A stretch of 64,000 nt of DNA from Nitrososphaerota archaeon. GTDB taxonomy: Archaea > Thermoproteota > Nitrososphaeria > Nitrososphaerales > Gagatemarchaeaceae. Below the pieces are notes generated by a model. That model made no database searches. It was given only the letters and a program-made list of their open reading frames with translations, and was not told the DNA's origin. Each line of letters begins with the position of its first letter. Within the stretch, counting starts at the first letter, position 1. The stretch spans positions 2,030 to 66,029 of the forward strand of contig JAPCJO010000001.1 of NCBI GenBank assembly GCA_027886905.1, written 5' to 3'. Shown here piece after piece: positions 62,570 to 64,000 of this stretch. A program made the translations under genes and the position numbers.

Positions 62570-63538
62570 ATGCGCGGGAGAAATGAGCCTCTGGGTGCTG
62601 AACTGGTGAGCCGGGACGCCTGGAAAGGCAGGGACGTCATCAGCATCTTGGACTTTTCTAGGCGAGAGCTCGAGTCTCTCTTCGCGGCGGCCAGCGAATT
62701 CGTGGGGCCGCCGAAGCCGCGCAAAGACCTCGCAGACTACATCGTCGCCACTGCGTTCTTCGAGCCCAGCACGAGGACGAGGCTGAGCTTCACCACGGCG
62801 GCGCTGAGGCTGGGTGCCAAGGTCATCGACCTCTCCCCCGACGTCTCCTCCATCCTGAAGGGGGAGAGTCTCCACGACACGACCATGATGCTCGAAGGGT
62901 ACTCCGACCTCATAGTGATGAGGCATCCCTCGGAGGGGGCCGCTCTCCTCGCCGCGGAGCTGGCCTCGGTGCCCGTGGTCAACGGAGGAGACGGGTCGCA
63001 GCACCACCCGACTCAGGCGATGCTCGACCTCTTCACGGTCAAGAGACTGAAGGGGAAGATAGACGGGCTGACTTACACGGTCCTGGGAGACAACAGGTAC
63101 GCCCGGAGCGCCACCTCGTTCCTGTATGGTCTCACAAAGTTCAAACCCAAGATGGTCTACATCGTCTCTCCAGAGACCCTGCGTCCTCGAGACGAGGTGA
63201 TCAAGCAGCTAAAGGGGCTCGGGCTGCGGTTCGAGCAGCGCGCCGAGCTGGAGCAGGTCATCGGGAACACGGACGTCCTCTACCTCACCAGAATCCAGAA
63301 GGAGAGGTTCCCCGACCCCAACGAATACGAGAAGGTCAAGGGGAGCTACAAGCTCACGAAGGAGGTCCTCGCCAAGGGGAGGAGCGGGATGATCGTCCTC
63401 CATCCCCTCCCGCGGTCGACGGAGCTGCCCTACGAAATCGACTCGGAGAAGTCCTCGGCGTACATGACTCAAGCTCACCTGGGCGTCCCGCTGAGGATGG
63501 CCCTTCTGCTCAAAGTGATCGGCGGAGGCAGGTCCTGA
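62570..63538 (+). CDS. pyrB: Aspartate carbamoyltransferase catalytic subunit
   Basis: STRTR, HPTQ and HPLPR motifs. TATA-like TCTAAATATG about 25 nt upstream of the ATG. Confidence 0.9.
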   Translation: MRGRNEPLGAELVSRDAWKGRDVISILDFSRRELESLFAAASEFVGPPKPRKDLADYIVATAFFEPSTRTRLSFTTAALRLGAKVIDLSPDVSSILKGESLHDTTMMLEGYSDLIVMRHPSEGAALLAAELASVPVVNGGDGSQHHPTQAMLDLFTVKRLKGKIDGLTYTVLGDNRYARSATSFLYGLTKFKPKMVYIVSPETLRPRDEVIKQLKGLGLRFEQRAELEQVIGNTDVLYLTRIQKERFPDPNEYEKVKGSYKLTKEVLAKGRSGMIVLHPLPRSTELPYEIDSEKSSAYMTQAHLGVPLRMALLLKVIGGGRS

Positions 63539-64000
63539 TGGGAGCCATGACGCTGGCGCGCAGGGGGAACCTGCCCCAGAACGACGACCAGACCACGATG
63601 CTGGTCAGGAAGATACCCGACGGGAGCGTCATCGACCACATCGCGGCCGGCAAGGCTCTCTCGGTCCTCAGGCTCCTGGGGAACCCCCAGGAGAATGGCT
63701 TCACCATAGCCATGGTGATGAACGTGAGCAGCTCGAAGATGAAGCGGAAGGACATCGTCAAGGTGGAGGGGATGGAGGTCTCCCAGGAGCAGGTCCAGCG
63801 CCTCGCGCTAATCGCCCCCCGCGCAAGCGTGAACATCGTGCGCGCGTACCGCGTCGTCGCGAAGAGGAACGCGGTGCCTCCCCGGACGCTTCGGGGGATC
63901 CTGAGCTGCACCGCCCCGACCTGTGTCTCGGTCAGGGAAAAGGACTCGGCGCCGTCGATCTTCTTCCTCTCCGGGAAGTCGCCCCTGAGGTACCGCTGCA
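63538..64000 (+). CDS. pyrI: Aspartate carbamoyltransferase regulatory subunit (3-prime truncated by window edge)
   Basis: ATG overlaps the pyrB stop (TGATG). VRKIPDGSVIDHIAAGKALSVLRLL and the zinc-domain start LSCTAPTCVS. Confidence 0.85.
   Translation, partial: MGAMTLARRGNLPQNDDQTTMLVRKIPDGSVIDHIAAGKALSVLRLLGNPQENGFTIAMVMNVSSSKMKRKDIVKVEGMEVSQEQVQRLALIAPRASVNIVRAYRVVAKRNAVPPRTLRGILSCTAPTCVSVREKDSAPSIFFLSGKSPLRYRC

Overview
High-GC (about 60%+), densely coding window from an archaeon. The assignment rests on the archaeal-type shikimate entry enzymes (ADH synthase and 3-dehydroquinate synthase II), a GHMP-type shikimate kinase, TrmB, Lrp and DtxR regulators, an AglH-like GlcNAc-1-P transferase, an archaeosortase-like protein, and TATA boxes about 25-35 nt upstream of start codons. 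I cannot place it more precisely from sequence alone. Layout: (1) 0-24 kb is a mixed accessory and housekeeping region. It holds two ABC transporter loci, a DyP peroxidase, TetR and a GH-like TIM barrel, tandem TM plus zinc-ribbon paralogs, a cluster of small membrane proteins, a cupredoxin and an SRPBCC protein that share a conserved palindromic promoter element, the divergent mntH/DtxR pair, a PLP-enzyme-rhodanese fusion, and N-glycosylation-type genes. (2) 24-40 kb is an accessory island bracketed by two copies of a conserved module: a 39-aa membrane mini-protein convergent with a 384-aa double winged-helix regulator. The island contains a di-heme cytochrome-b-like membrane protein, a GNAT, a frameshifted Ig/IPT-repeat secreted protein, two tandem about 820-aa membrane-anchored PQQ-dehydrogenase-like beta-propeller proteins, two VapBC-type toxin-antitoxin pairs flanking an orphan tRNA 3-prime fragment, and a 461-aa orphan protein. 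(3) 40-58 kb is an 18-gene aromatic amino acid supra-operon: trpEGDCFBA convergent with ask-asd-aroA'-aroB'-aroD-aroE-SK-aroA-aroC-(chorismate mutase::aminotransferase fusion)-tyrA. (4) 58-64 kb holds an IS transposase remnant, a processive GT2 glycosyltransferase, an archaeosortase-like protein beside a repeat-rich PEF-CTERM protein, then pyrB and partial pyrI. No rRNA, intact tRNA or CRISPR array was found. Many long ORFs in the track are out-of-frame or antisense shadows typical of high-GC DNA and were not called.
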